The notes below the pieces were generated by a model that saw nothing but the letters and a program-made list of their open reading frames with translations, was not told the DNA's origin and did no database searches. A stretch of DNA of 63,921 bases, filler included, from Reclinomonas americana ATCC 50394 (lineage: Eukaryota), in the NCBI GenBank assembly GCA_048213135.1. It is 16 parts of 16 records of this genome, joined end to end, with 100 filler letters (N's around TTAATTAATTAA, not from the genome) between each part and the next. Parts side by side here need not be neighbours in the genome. Positions count along the whole stretch, not along the records: positions 10,721 to 13,394 come from AFZH01019614.1; positions 13,495 to 26,557 come from AFZH01019615.1; 14 more parts are not named here. One strand, written 5' to 3'. Positions 10,721 through 24,332 of this stretch are shown here, piece by piece; positions within the stretch are counted from its first letter, which is position 1; every line of letters begins with the position of its first letter. The translations under genes were made by a program, and so were the position numbers.

Positions 10721-13394
10721 ATGCGCATGCAGCAGAGAAAAACGACAGCTCACTGCGAACAGAAAACGCACCACTCGCCGCACGAGCACAGTCGGAACTG
10801 AGAGCAGAGTGCCCGCCAGGGCCGTGCAAAATCGGCGAAGAACGACCTTCGGCTCCTCGCCTTCGTTAAAAAGCTGCAGCGTGCGAGCAAGGGTAGTTGG
10901 ATGAGCTGCTGCTGTTGTAAACAAAGAGTCAAGCACGTGATCCCACTTGCCTCTGCTCTCTCCAACTTGTGGTGATCCAGCTCCCAGTCGAACCACCAAT
11001 CGGTAAAGGCCTCATACACCTCGGCACGAGTGAGACTCTCGTGGTACGGCCACTGGCGCGCCTCCGATAGCCGCGGCAGCACGTGCACCAGCATGTTGAG
11101 CATGATGGGCTGCGCGCACACACACACACGTCGGTGAGAATACGGAGAAGGAGGAGGAGGACAGAGGGAGAGAGACGCAACACAGGTGGCCAAACGGCTG
11201 AGGCCCGGGATCATATTGATCCTTCCGCGGTACTCTTGCCATGACATGCCCAGTCCGTCGCTACTCATCGCGTAGCTGCGCAGGAAGGCATCGACCTGCT
11301 CGCGGGTAAACGGACGCAAGACCACTTGCACCAATTGCGGCTGGCCCAGCTGTCGACGGCGCTTGCTCGGCGACAGCGGCAATTCGGCAGGTGTGAAATA
11401 GTGCGTCCAGCGCAGCTTGAGCACCTGATGAATGTACTCGCGACGGCACGAAATAATCATGGCGGTGTTTGGCCAGCGCTGTTGGTGGTGCCACAAAAAA
11501 AGAGCACGTGAGCCACGAGCGGCAAGCGCGCGGCGAGTGAAATCTTTCGGGAATGTACCTTCAGGTGATGGTAACGGTACAAGTTACGCGGCGTTGAGCC
11601 CAACTCATCGTAGCCGTCAAGAAGCAACAGGAACGACCAGCCATCGGCACGCAGCCACGCCACCTGCAACAGGGAACGCACGTCAGGGGGAAGGGAGAGT
11701 GCACAACTCCACAACAAAACACACACACACACACACACCTCCTCTTTTGACAAGTCGGCGTGCGCCAGCAGATATGGCATCAGCGCACCCGGCTGCAATG
11801 CCTCTGCCGGTAACGCCGGCAACCGTGCAAACAGCGGTAGCGTCTTTTCCCTCGTCCAGGCGCGCGCCAATGTCAGGCGCAGCAGCGTGCTCTTGCCGGA
11901 ACCCGACCAGCCGACCACCACCATCACCTGCACCGTCGACTACGGTCAGCAACACTTGCACACACACAAAAGGGAACCGCAGGCATGCAGAAGACTCGCC
12001 TTTTGCTGCTCATTCTCCGGGAACGACGCTAGCCGGTCAATTGCGGATGTGGCCTTTTCGGGGTGCTCCTCGTACTCGTCGAGGCTGCTGTTGGCCAGCA
12101 CGGCAACTTGCAGATCAAACGTGACGCAGCCGAGCTCATCGGCATCGGGACTGCACTCGTCCGACACATCACGCGACCGCATGCGCGCCAGCTTGCTGAC
12201 GAGTCCCTCGACTTGTTCGTCGCTCAGTGTCGAGGAGGCGGCGAGCATGTCGTCCACGTCCGAGTCGCACGAATCGGACGACTGCAGATCGGGGTCCTCG
12301 GTGGGCGGGCCGGGGTCGGGCGACGTTCCAGTCGAGTGGAACGAGGCCGCACCGACAGAGCCAGGTCCGTTGAGCATCGAGTTGCTGGCCACGAGGCTGT
12401 GGAGACTCTGCGTCGCGTGCAGCGTCGTGCTGGGATTGCCCATCGACGAGGCCAACTCAGCGTCGGGAATCTGCGCGTCCACGTCGTCCAAGAACACCGT
12501 CGCGGCATCCAGCGACGGCGTCAGCGGCTGCGACGGCGATGGCGGAGCAGGAGCAGCCTGCAAAAAAAGCGACCAAGCATCGTTAGCGCCGATTGCGGAA
12601 AGATACATTGGCACGAGATCACGACAATGGCGCGGGGGAAAGAAGAATCATCAGGTGCCAGCGGGTCACCAGGGAATACGAGCATGGAGCCAAGAACAAC
12701 AAACACACACGCGGGGGCGCACACACACACACAGAGGCAAACGGACACCACACAAACGCATGATCTCACAAACTCACACACAAGTCTATCGCGCGCGCGC
12801 GCGCGTGTCAATCAATGTGCGCGGCGTGTGCTCCACACACACCACACATGCGTTCGACACAAACACACAGAACAGCAACGGCACAACACAAGACAGCGCA
12901 CGCGCGAGACAGTGAGCCAGAAAAACGCGGGGTTTGCCACGCCACAAAACAAACAAAAAAAAACACACAGAGAACTCCCATCCCACCAAGACAGCCGAGA
13001 CACCGCACGACATAGAGCACAGCAGCGCATGCACATGTGGTGGTGCGCGCGACAAAGTGAACACCACTTCACCCACAACCGTCAAAACAAACAAACAATC
13101 AAAATCTCCCCCCCTCTCTCGCTCTCTCCCTTGCCCTCACACTGCGCTCTGCTCCTCTCCTCTCCCTACACAGACACTCACCGACGGTGTCGGGGAGGGG
13201 TGATAGAGCACAATCCGTTCGTGGACCTCACGCACAGGCGGCGGCACCGAGCCGTGTCTCGCGTGTCCCTCGCCCTTGGGCGGCGGCGTCCCATGCGACG
13301 GCATCGCGACCGCCGACTGCGAGTGCGGCCAGTGGTGCTGATGGTTGTGGCGCGTGGAGGCCGCCGAGTCATCACCAGTTCCAGAGGTCTCTGC
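10721..13394 (-). CDS. NACHT-domain (STAND) NTPase, spliced, partial at both ends
   Basis: Walker A VMVVVGWSGSGKST, LPLFARLP, Walker B FLLLLDGYDE, sensor-like AMIISCRREY, VLRPFTREQVDAFL, PIMLNMLVHVLP, LTRAEVYEAFTDWWF. An upstream exon at 13182-13394 ends in a GTGAGT donor. Confidence 0.85.
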
Positions 13395-13494
13395 NNNNNN
13401 NNNNNNNNNNNNNNNNNNNNNNNNNNNNNNNNNNNNNNTTAATTAATTAANNNNNNNNNNNNNNNNNNNNNNNNNNNNNNNNNNNNNNNNNNNN

Positions 13495-15230
13495 ACTGGT
13501 GCCGGAGCCGGTGCCAGTGCCGCTGGCGCCGCTGGCGCTGGCCAGTGCGTCCAGCAGCCCCAGCGCCGCCGCCAGCTCCTCCACCTCGTCCTCCATGGTC
13601 GTGTCTTCGAACACGAAAATGTCATTGAAGCGACGGTCACGCCCACCGAATCCACTGCAGCGCGGAGATAAGAGACGAGACGAGACAAATCGAGCGGACA
13701 TGACATATCGAATTACGCACCCAAACAGGAAGCACGACAGGCCGTCAATCGGCACCAGCGTGTGATCCGAGCGCGGTGATGGCAAGTCGACGGCGGGTCC
13801 AGGAATCACTTTTTCGCACTCGAATGTGTCTGCGCGAGGAAACAAGGATCAGCGCAATCACCTTCTCTACCACCTCCTCCTCCTGCGACTCCAAACCTGT
13901 GGTGACAAAGTAGGCGTCCAGGGAGAACTCGGCCGTCGGGTCGGCGCCACCGTGCAAGACCAGAGTTCGTGGTCCGATCATCGCACCCGCAGCAAAGGCG
14001 TACCCGAGTGGTGGTCCACCCACCATCCGTGTCTCTGTGCTGCGCATGTTTGTGACGTCGACCACGTAGGCCTCGGGACTCGACGCTCGCCGCAAATTGC
14101 TAATGCCACCCCAGATGAACATGCGCTTGCTGTCGAGCATGACCGCAACGTGGCCGCCGCGGGCCGTCGGTGGCGAATCCACCAGCGTCATCTCCCGCGA
14201 CGACAGTGTTGTCGTGTCCAGCATGAAGCAGTCGTCCAGGCGAGAGCGACCATCAAAGCCTCCAAACACAATCACCGTCTGCGTGCCGGGCACCCGCACC
14301 GCCGTCTGCGAGCTGCGACCGGTCGGTGTGTCCCCCGAAAAGCGGATCCGCTCGCCGTGCACTGTGCCCTCCTCCGCGTCCACTCGCAGAATGTAGTAGT
14401 CGTCGACATAGTTCATGCCACTGTGCGCGCATGCGCGCGTGCGGTGAGTCACCACCGGCAGCAGTGAGACAGGGGAATGATTCAACGACGACGACGCAAC
14501 TCGTAACCCAGACACAATAGCAGCTTTCCGGCATCAGAATCCAGTGCCACCATGGAAGCACCGCCGCGTGCCGATGGCTGATCACCCGTCCATGACAGCT
14601 CATAGAACACACCACGCACTGTGTGGAGAGAGAGAGAGAGACAGAGTGAGTTGCTCGGTAATTCCCGACACACACACACTGGTCACCACGGGAGATTGAT
14701 TCTCACACGCATATCTCTGGTGCTCACGTGTATGTGCGAGTGTAAGAAGCAGGCACAGTGAGCAAGTCAGCGTGTGTGTGTGAGAGAGAGAGAGAGACTG
14801 CGCTGACAACACTGAATGGATCTCTCTCTCTCTTACGCAACAAAAGCGCACACACACACACAGAGACACACACACACAGGGGAAGAGAAGGCAGAGAGAC
14901 AGTGAGTGTGTATATGTTGTGCATGTGTGTCTCTTCTCTCCATCTTTTCCCTCCGCTCATAGTGTCGGAACAGGCAATGATAAGAGTGCGCCCAATGATT
15001 CACACACACACTCACTCACACACCTGCGTCACACAACCAACAGTCATTCTTCCACTGCCGCCCATTGTATCCTCCAAACACCACTGCCAACCCGCCCAAA
15101 ATCGGACCCGCACACTGAGTGAGTGTGAGAGAGTCAGTCAGTTTGCGAGTGAACCAGACACAAAAGATCGAAAAAAAGTGAGTGTGAGAATGCACACGCA
15201 ACAGAGTGGTTGCATCGCTCCGAGGGCCAT
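13495..15230 (-). CDS. Kelch-repeat (beta-propeller) protein, spliced, 3' partial
   Basis: Repeated Kelch motifs: VVFGGYNGRQWKNDCW, PTGRSSQTAV..VIVFGGFDGRSRLDDCF, PTARGGHVAV..MFIWGG, PSPRSDHTLV..FLFG. Confidence 0.88.
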
Positions 15231-15382
15231 GGTCGGCCTAACCGGCGCACCCGCGCGTGCATCTCTGAGAAGAGTGTGGAGAAGGATGATTGGCACAGGA
15301 CATGCGACGTGCATCAGTCTGCTGAGAAAGTCACTGTATTTCGTTCCCCAGCACTGCACTTCTCTCCTCCTTTTGCTTCTAT

Positions 15383-17716
15383 TTACATTTTGGCGGCGAG
15401 GAGCACCTCGCGACGGTGGCTGTTGCCGGAGACGAAGCTGCGGCGGAATATTTGCTTAGCAAGAAAACAACAAAACTTCGCCACCTCGGTTTCAGTGACG
15501 CAACGTGCTGCTGCTGGTCACTTGTGCGTCGTTGTGGCGCTGGTGCAGTGGCACGTACTGGCGCTCCTCGGGGCCGACATATACCTGGCGTGGGCGGTAG
15601 ATGCGGCGGTGCGGATCGTCCAGCGCCTCCACCCAGTGTGCCATCCAGCCCACGGCGCGCGGGATGGTGAACAGCACGGGGAAGTAGTCGTAGGGGAAGC
15701 CCATGGCCTTGTAGATTAGGCCAGAGTAGAAATCCACGTTTGGTTGCAGCTTGCTGTGGGGCAACACAGGCGGTCAGCAGCGCATCGCACGCGGAGCGCA
15801 ACATGCAACAACCACCGCACCGCTCGATAAAGTACGGGTCGCTGAGGGCGGCCTTCTCCAGCGCGACTGCCACCTCAATGAGTGGCTCCTTGCCGAGGAT
15901 GGCGAATACCTCGTCGGCCACACGCTTGACGATGCGGGCGCGCGGATCACTGCACGAAAAGACAATGTTGGTGATACTGAGAAAGTGAGTGGGGTGCAGA
16001 CGTGCCAACACGCAACTAGTTCTTGTACACACGATGACCAAAGCCCATCAGCTTGCGCTCACGACGCTTGACCTGCTCGATGAACTCAGGCACCTTGTCC
16101 ACGCTGCCAATCTCCTCCAGCATACGCAGCACGGCCTCATTGGCACCGCCGTGTAGTGGGCCGTACAACGCACCCGCCGCACCTGCATTCAATCACGTGA
16201 ATAGTGGGCCTCTCTTGTGTGTGCACACACACACCCACATACCAGCCACAGCGGTGAATGGATCGACATTGGAGGAGGACAAGTGACGGAGAGCGGCAGT
16301 GCTGCAGTTGAGCTCTGCGTGCACACGGTGAGCGATCCCGTGTGTGTCTATTCCACACAGTCTGTCACTGCGCACCATGCTCCGCGTGCAGAATGAAGAG
16401 AATGTCGAGGGCACGAGCCAGTCGAGGGTCGGGCTGGTAGTCGGTCTCCGACAATCGATCCAGCATCCACAAAAAGTTGGTCGTGTCTGCACTCCACAGT
16501 CAGCAGCAGACAAGTAGGAGACAGCCGGAGAGACGACACGAAACATGACGTCTGTGTGTACGGTGGTGGCATCGGTGGGTTGTACGCACGACTGTGAAGA
16601 GACAAAAAGTCAGAGAGAAGGAAAACGCAATGACGTGAGTGATCGCGGCCACGAACCCCTGCAGGAAAACGAATGCGCGTGAGAACAAGGCTCAAACGAT
16701 ATCCCTCGCCTCCAGCACACACTCTCACCTGTCGATGGCGATACGCGCAGGCGGCAATCGTCGGCAGTTTGCCAATGATGCGGAAAATCTGCTTGTTCCG
16801 CGCATACACGCTGTCGTAGGGATCCTTGCCGCCAGTGGCCAGCGCCGGATTCAGCTCGGGGTAGAAGGTCGACTGCGCGGCAAGCGCCGAGATCAGCATG
16901 CCCATTGGATGCGAGTTGTAGCGGAACGACTTGAGCATGTGCGCGAGATCTTCGTGAATGTACGTGTGGTGCATCACACTCGACGTCCACGACGCCAGCT
17001 GCTGCACGCTCGGCAGCTCGCCTCGGATCAACAGAAACGCCACCTATTGCACATATCAGTGGGCGCTTCCCAGATGCCTGTCATCATCATAAGCACGCGA
17101 CGATCGCACCTCCAAAAACGTGCTGCGCTCCGCCAGCTCCTCAATGTTGTATCCGCGGTATCGCAAGATGCCCGCGTCTCCATCGATGAATGAGATGCTC
17201 GAACGTGCCACTGCAGTGTTCAAGTAGCCCGGGTCGAAGATGCTGTTGGACGGAGAGACACAGAAGCGATCGTATGTCAGGCGATCGATCGCTGCATCAG
17301 TCATGCAAGATGCGACCATGAAATGCGCACAAGAGAGTGAAGGGAGAGAGGAGAGAGTGTGTGTCTGAGAGAGAAAAGGGCTGTGTGTGATCGCCTGCTG
17401 TGTGTCTCTTCGTGTGCGACAAGATGCGGAGATGCGCAGTGTGGTGGTGCTCACCGCAATCCCAGTGGCTCGAGATCGGGACCGAGAATGGCTCCGTCTT
17501 GCACCTTCAGCTGCACGCGCTTTCCACGGTACTCCACAGTCATCACATCGCCCTCCTCTGCCTTCTCCTTCTCTTTCTCCTTGCTGCATGATGAAACAGA
17601 GAGCGAGTGAGACAGAGAGAGCGTGATCGCCTTGCCTCTAATGCGCACCTCGCCACTTCCTCCACGCTCAGTGGAGTCGTCACCATCGCCGCCTCCTCTC
17701 GCGCCTGCTCACTCAT
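15383..17716 (-). CDS. Citrate synthase, peroxisomal/glyoxysomal (bacterial-like) type, spliced, with predicted PTS1 (AKM)
   Basis: [83 protein letters not shown] predicted last exon at 15383-15437 ends ..VLLAAKM*. Confidence 0.95.
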
Positions 17717-18203
17717 TTGTTTTGTGTGCGTCAACCCCGCGCACAACTCCGTTATGTAGGCCGGGAAACGTATTGTAGACGAGACGAATTCCGCGCCATT
17801 TCCCGAGGCAAACACCAGCAAGTGTGTGCTGAATCTCCGACATGGAAGTTCTCTCGCCACTGCCTGTGCTGGGCACTGTCGGACACGACTTGCCGTTGCT
17901 TGAGGTGCGCTGTGTGTGTGTGAGAGAGAGAAGGAGTGAGAGGCAAACACGCTCGTGTCTCACTTTGCCTCTGTGTGTGTGTGCACAGCTGCGCATCCCG
18001 ACTTCATTGTGCTCTGCGCCTGCCTCCTCCTGGCGCTTCCGCGTCTCGCTGGTGCACGCAGAGAAGAGCAGCGACTTGGGCGTCATTGCTCCAGTCTCAG
18101 TCAGAGCAGATGGTGCTTTACACACGCAGTTTCTCAACAAACAAACACACACACAAGTTACTTATACATACACACAGGGCGCTCTGTGTTCCTCCGCTTG
18201 CCA

Positions 18204-20411
18204 ATGACATCCACCGAGTTGGCGGATAGCGAGAGTCCGTGTGAGGATCGCGTGTTGGATGTGGTGTTTGCGGGCGATGCAGCACTCGCGCCAGTGCGTG
18301 TGCCGGTGTTGATGGCGGCCGGACCGCCGCACAGTGTGAGTGTCACGGATGTGTTTGGCAATGTGTCGCGTCGCGAGGCCGCAGTCGCGTGGCTGCAGGT
18401 GTCGGCGGGCACACCGTTTGTGATGCGCGCGACGTTTGTTGACCATGTTGCGTGTGGCTCTCTCTGTGTAGTGTTGTCGCTTCTCTGTGCCTTACCTCTG
18501 TTCCTCCTGGTATATAGTACGGCAACGCGGCGTCGGTGTCGCCGTATCGGCTGCGGAACACGCGCGTGGATTTGATGATTGATGGGAAACAGTTGTCGTG
18601 CGATGTGGTGTTTGCCGCGCGTCACTTGCTGGCGTTTGTGATGCCGCCGCCGGTGTCTGCGACGGTGCTTGCCGCTGGTGGGGAGTGTCGCTTCAGCTTC
18701 TCGATTGATGCCGATGTGAAGCATCCGCAGCTGGATCTCGTGTCGGCGCCGATGCGGTTCGTCGCGGAGGTGGCGCAGTTGCCGGAGCGTCGTGCCGCCG
18801 CTGCTCGTGCTGCCGTCGTTGGACGGTCAGACTCGCTGGTGCCTCTCGTGTCGAACGAGTTTGCGGGCGAGGACGACGAGGGCGAGGTGGTGTACGACGA
18901 TGTGGACGAAGATTCCGACGCCGACATGTTTGTGTCCAGCCCGGTCACCGAGAATAGGTGAGAGAGAGGGAGGCGGACAGGTTGTTGGGTGCTGTCTATA
19001 TAGAGCACTCACGTGTTGCGTGCCGCAGCATGAGCTTCCCCGATCACATTTACGTGGAGGCCGAGGACGACACGGTGACACCGTCGGCCGATCACGAGGA
19101 GGATGGATATTCCGAGTACGAGCACGTCGGCAAGAAGCGGACGTGGAGCCAGAGTGAGAACTCACAGGAGGACGCTAGTGGCCAGATGCCGCCCGAGAAA
19201 CGCGCAGCGACGCGCCGAGGTACACTAGTCGTGATTTGTTTCATTATTCCGACGCCTTGCCTCACTTTTCTTCTTCCACAGCCATTCGTGCGCCTCGGAC
19301 GCCACCGTCTGAGCGCGACTCGGAGGACGATGTGATTGTCTCACGGCAGCAGCGGTCAGCTGGTGCCGCTGCGGCTGCGGCCGCGGCCGCACAAATGGCA
19401 GCCATGACTGCCCAGTTGCCGATGCCACCGGTCATGCAGGAGCTAACTGCCGAGGATGTGGCGCGTCTCGCCGCCGAGTTGGAGGAGGCAGAGCGCGTAC
19501 GGATGCGTCAACAGTCGCTGCGTGACCGGTCGAGCCACCGCGGCGCCTCCGTTGGCAAGGACGAGGAGTCGTCGGATGAGCAGACTGCCGCCAACACACT
19601 CAAGAACGCCAAGAAGGTCCGCAAGATGACCGGAGCGCCGCCGACGAAAGCCAAGAGTTGCGTGCATGGAGTGCGCCGTAGTGGCGCTGGTGGTGCTCAC
19701 TGGTGCGCGCGCAGAGCCTGGTCCACCGGCGAAGCGCGAGTGCGTGTTTTGCAAGAGCGGCGCGCTGCCGGACAAGTCACTGACGCAGTTGTCGCTGTCG
19801 AACGGGCGCAAGCTGTTTGCGCACGAGGAGTGCCTGGTGTGGAACTCGAACATGTGGTTCGACGGGCAGCGGTGGCGCAACGTGGACACTGAGATTGCGG
19901 ACTCGAAGAGACGGGTGCGGTGTTGCGATGTTATTCCAAGTGTGCTTGTCCGTCTATTCACCGGCTTCTGCTGCGCAGCGTTGTGCGCATTGCCGCCAAA
20001 CCGGAGCCTCGCTCGGCTGTGACAAGAAGGAGTGCCCGCGTTCGTACCACCTGTCGTGTGCCGTGCTGGCCAAGTGCTCGATGAGCACCACCACCGATCC
20101 GGACAAGTCGTTCCGCTGCTGGTGCCCCGACCACTCGTCGCTGGCGACCGACGAGTACATGGCGTGCGTGTTTGAGCCGACAGGTAACTGCCATTGATAC
20201 TGCGGTGGTACTGCTGCTGCGCGATGTGTCTCACACGGCGGGCGGGTGCAGAGTCGGACGAGATGGTCGTGCAAAATCTGCGAGGTGCCAGCGCACCAGC
20301 CACCACCGCCAGATCGCGCAAGGCCACACTGCTGGCCGCCGTCACTGCCGCCGCCGCCGCCGCAGCTGCAGCCACAACCGCCGCCACCACCACCACCCCG
20401 GCGCACACATG
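18204..20411 (+). CDS. Extended PHD (zf-HC5HC2H) finger protein, spliced
   Basis: CVFCK..FAHEECLVWNS.. then RCAHCRQTGASLGCDKKECPRSYHLSCAVLAKC..CWCPDH, the ePHD Cys/His pattern. Confidence 0.8.
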
Positions 20412-20593
20412 AGTGGCATTTCTCCTCCTCCCTCCCTCAACTTCCTCTCTCCTCTGCAACCTGTTTCACAACGCCACCAATAGTACAACATACTCAATTC
20501 CTTACTCATTCACTTCCTCTTCTCGCGCCATGTGCATTCCGCAGAAACGCACACCGCGAACAACAGACACACACAAGTCGGGAAACAAGCCGC

Positions 20594-21355
20594 TCAGAGA
20601 ATGTTGTTGTTGATCGCTGCATTTCATGCCCAAAAGAAACAAACGTGAGCAACACCACCAAAAATGGCAAGGCAGTGCACAGACAGGAGACGCAACGGAT
20701 GAACAGCAGCTTGATGGCAAAGCCCACTGGCATCACGCGCAAGCCCAGTTGAGACAAGAGAACACATGCACAGTGCGAAGAATCGACACTCACCCACGCC
20801 GAGCGCGGCAAAGCCAATGGCGGTGGCCTTGGCGATTCTGTTGAACTCTGGAGAGAGCACGCACAAGTCGACGTCGGTGAGTGTGCGTGCTCGTGTGATA
20901 TACTCCGACAACAAGCAGGTGTTTACCCTTCAGGTTCGGCTTCTCGCATCCCCTGTAGAAGCGCTGTGCGCGCTCAGCGTACTCCTCCAGGAACTTTCGC
21001 GACGCAGCAATGCCCCTGCACGACACACGCGCCTCACGTGAGTGAGTTGTGCGACATGTCTTCCCGCGCAAAAACACACAATGTGCAAGTTGGCTCATCA
21101 TCTATCACTCTTGTCGTGCGCGCACGCACAATAACATGGCGTGGGCGGAGAGGGAGAGTGGTGGAGAGAGAGACAGGTGACACAATGCAGAAAGAGAGAG
21201 GGAGCGAGAGGGCAAAGAGAGCGATGGCACATGTCTTGCATCTCCACTCGCACACTCCCTCCTCCCCGCCCGCACAGAACAACACGCAACTGCACGTAGT
21301 ACTCGGGTGATGTGCGCGACGGAGCCGACGAGGCCGATGACGATGCGCCCGACAT
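20594..21355 (-). CDS. SEC61G: Protein transport protein Sec61 gamma subunit, spliced (start uncertain)
   Basis: Joined exons read FLEEYAERAQRFYRGCEKPNLKEFNRIAKATAIGFAALGVVGFAIKLLFIPINNNIL*. Confidence 0.9.
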
Positions 21356-21435
21356 GTGCTTTGCTAGAGTGATGAAAAAGTTGGTATGGATTCGGCGCGT
21401 CAGTCTACAATTTCATCGATTGCGTTTCCGCCGTT

Positions 21436-24253
21436 TCACAGTGCAGGCAAGGCGAAGCAATCATGTGGCCTCGTGAGCACGGCGATCTTGGGGAATTCGA
21501 TGGTGTTGTTGGGCTGCGTGGCGCTGGAGTCTTCGGGGCTCTCCACCGGAACAACTAGTTGGATGGCGTCGAAACACTGTCCGTCGGTGTCGTGCTCCAG
21601 GTACACGACAACGTCGAGGCGAACCTGTCGCACACATTCAGCAAGAGTGCGTGTCTGGAATACACGATGGGGGACGAGTTACCTCGCCGATGCCGTTGCA
21701 GACGCTGAGCAGAGTGGTGGCCGTGTGCGCATCGGAGCGCAGTTGCCGCACTCGCGACATGAACCACTGCTCCGTGTGCACTTGCTTGCGCTCCAGTGAG
21801 GGGTCAACGTCGTGCAGCATGGCCTCCTCGAACAGATAGTCTTGGCCGGCCCACGTTCGCCGCAGTTCACCGTCGGCGGTGAGCGCCAGCACGAGACTGC
21901 CCTCCACGCGGAACTCGCTGACTGTCGACACGGGCGCACTCAGGCGCCACCCCGCCGGCAGCTCGAACGACACGCTCAGCAGCGCCAAGCCGCGCTGCAG
22001 GTGACACGGTGGCATCAACAGCTGTCGACCGTGCCCAAGAAAGCCATATTTCGTCGGCGACACCACCGACAGAGTGCCACCGCTGTCCGTGGTGTCACCT
22101 CGCTTGTCACTCGCCGTTTCGTGCTCAAACAGCAACAGCGACCAGTCGACCATTTCCGCCGTTCGCATGGCCGCAAAGCCAAGTGCCGTCGGGTCGACAA
22201 GGCGAATGCTCGAGGCTGTTGTGGACATTGAGCGACAGATGTGAAGAAGGAGCGATCAACATCGCCACTCACTCACCGTCACCAGCGACATCGCTCTCCT
22301 TGTTCTCCACATTCGCCGCAACTTCTGTCACAGCGCCGCTTTCGAGGTGAACACACCACCGCCGGTCACCACCGAGTGCTTCCACACACAGCTTGAGCTC
22401 ATCCTCGTCGTCGAGGCGAAGAAAGGCGGCGCGCGGGAACTCGCCACTGCCATGCAACACGTGTCGCCACACGTCGCGCGGTGGAATCGTGTCTGAGAGC
22501 AGCTTGGTCTTGCCGACACGCTCCTCCACCGTGGGGATGCGCTGTCGCACAAACATGTCACGCACTCGTGTGCTACGCTCCTGAAAGTTGCGATCGAGTT
22601 CCAGGTCGGGCGGCAGCAGCTTCTCATGCTCGGGTCGCGGATGCCGCGGGAAGCCCACAAAGGAGACATCGGTAGCCTGCACGACTGGCGGTGCTGGTCC
22701 CTCGTCCAGTGTGATGCGCGGATCTTGCTTCCAGCTCTTAGTCAGCTGTCGGTGGCGTGCCTTGCGCCGCCGAGCAGCAGCGCGCGATGGCGACAAGAAG
22801 TCCAGTAATGGTGGCGACAGTGGATGCTCACTCGCAGCCCACAGTGTCCAGTCCTGCACACACACACACACACAAAGACCATGAAATGCACGCTCTGCCT
22901 TGCACCCACGGCGACCTTGCAAACCTCTTCAGTGTGTAGTGCGGCGGGGTGGCGATTGATGTAGTGCGGCGAGTCCGTGTACGCCGACGAGGGCCGTCGA
23001 CCCGGCACATGTTCGCGTGAATCCACCGCAAACAAGTGGCCCATGTCGGTGTTCACGTCGGCGTACACGACGGCGAATTCCTCCTCCAGTTCGTCGTGCA
23101 GCAGCGTGGCCGGCAGCGATGGTTTGAACGCCAGTGACAGCTGTCGATTCTCCAGGTCGGCTCGCACAATCGCGTTGTTCTGCACGTACTTGTCAGAAGG
23201 GAGTAAAACGAAGAGGAAAGGGGGAAGAGGGAAGGGAGAGGGAAGAGGAAAGAGGGGCAAGGCATCGATGCAGAGCACGCACATAAGTGTCGGCAATCAG
23301 CAGGTGGCCGGTCAGCGGGCACCACGTGGCATCGCTCGGTCCGTTCAGGCACGCCTCGGCAAAGTCGCCGTCCAGTCGCCCGCCAAGCCCACGACCAATC
23401 TGTGGCGCTCAGAGCGATGAACAGAGAGAGTGCGTGCAGCTGGCGACGATCAGATCATACCACATGCAAGACGCGAGCTGGGTCCTCGTCAGTGATCACC
23501 AAGACGCGGTTCCGCAATGGATCGCACACCACACGCACACCACGATCAGGGAAGCGTCGTACTCGTGCTGCATGTCGTCACAGTGAGCAGAAAACCAAGC
23601 ATCCCACCGTTGGCCAAAGCACGCACCAGCCGACGACAACAATCGATTCGGTTCCTGTACACGTACGGGATCCAACGACCTCGCCAGCGGATGCAACACC
23701 GCCGGCGTGGCCAGCCTTCGCTGCTCCCACACCCGCTCATCACGGTCATCGCATCGCTTCACATACTCCAACGCCTCGGCCGCGGCCGCACGCACACAGT
23801 CAAATACGCGCGGCGACGCATTGCCATCATTGGGCAAGAACACTGCATGCGCAGTCGCCGGTGGCGGCCACTCGTCGCCCACATGCTGTCGCGCCTGCGC
23901 AGACAATGAGAGATGGAGGGCACAGAGAGACAGAGAGAGAGAGTGGTGAAAGCGTGCAACTTCATCCTCCGACAACACCGTCAGCGGTAACCGATACCGC
24001 AGCAGGAGCGCACGATCGGCCTCCGAGTGCATGCCACACACCGCAGCACTCAGCCGATGCCACAGCAGTGCAGGCTCACTGGACACATGCAAACGTGAGA
24101 CAAAAGATGCAGGCAACAGAGAGTGAAAGAGAGAAAGAGGGAGGAGACTTGCCTGACAAGCCACTCCGCCAGTGGTGGCATCCACCTGTGCGCAGTTGCC
24201 CGCGTGCTCGCCGTCCACGGGAGCAGCAGCAGCGGAAGACGAGCGCGCAGCAT
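21436..24253 (-). CDS. Hypothetical multi-exon protein with a possible mitochondrial presequence
   Basis: Series of coding-like exons with GT-AG introns. N-terminus MLRARLPLLLLPWTASTRATAHRW is Arg-rich and lacks acidic residues. Confidence 0.5.
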
Positions 24254-24332
24254 CGTGATCAAAGTGCCAATCGAGAATCCACACAACGAACCAACTTTGT
24301 GTCGTCTGCCTAGCCGTGCTGAGAGAGAAGAG

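Noticed and set aside
11887..13442. Long plus-strand ORFs (342 aa and 459 aa)
   Set aside because: Antisense to the NACHT gene and running through CA-rich intron sequence that lacks stops by composition.
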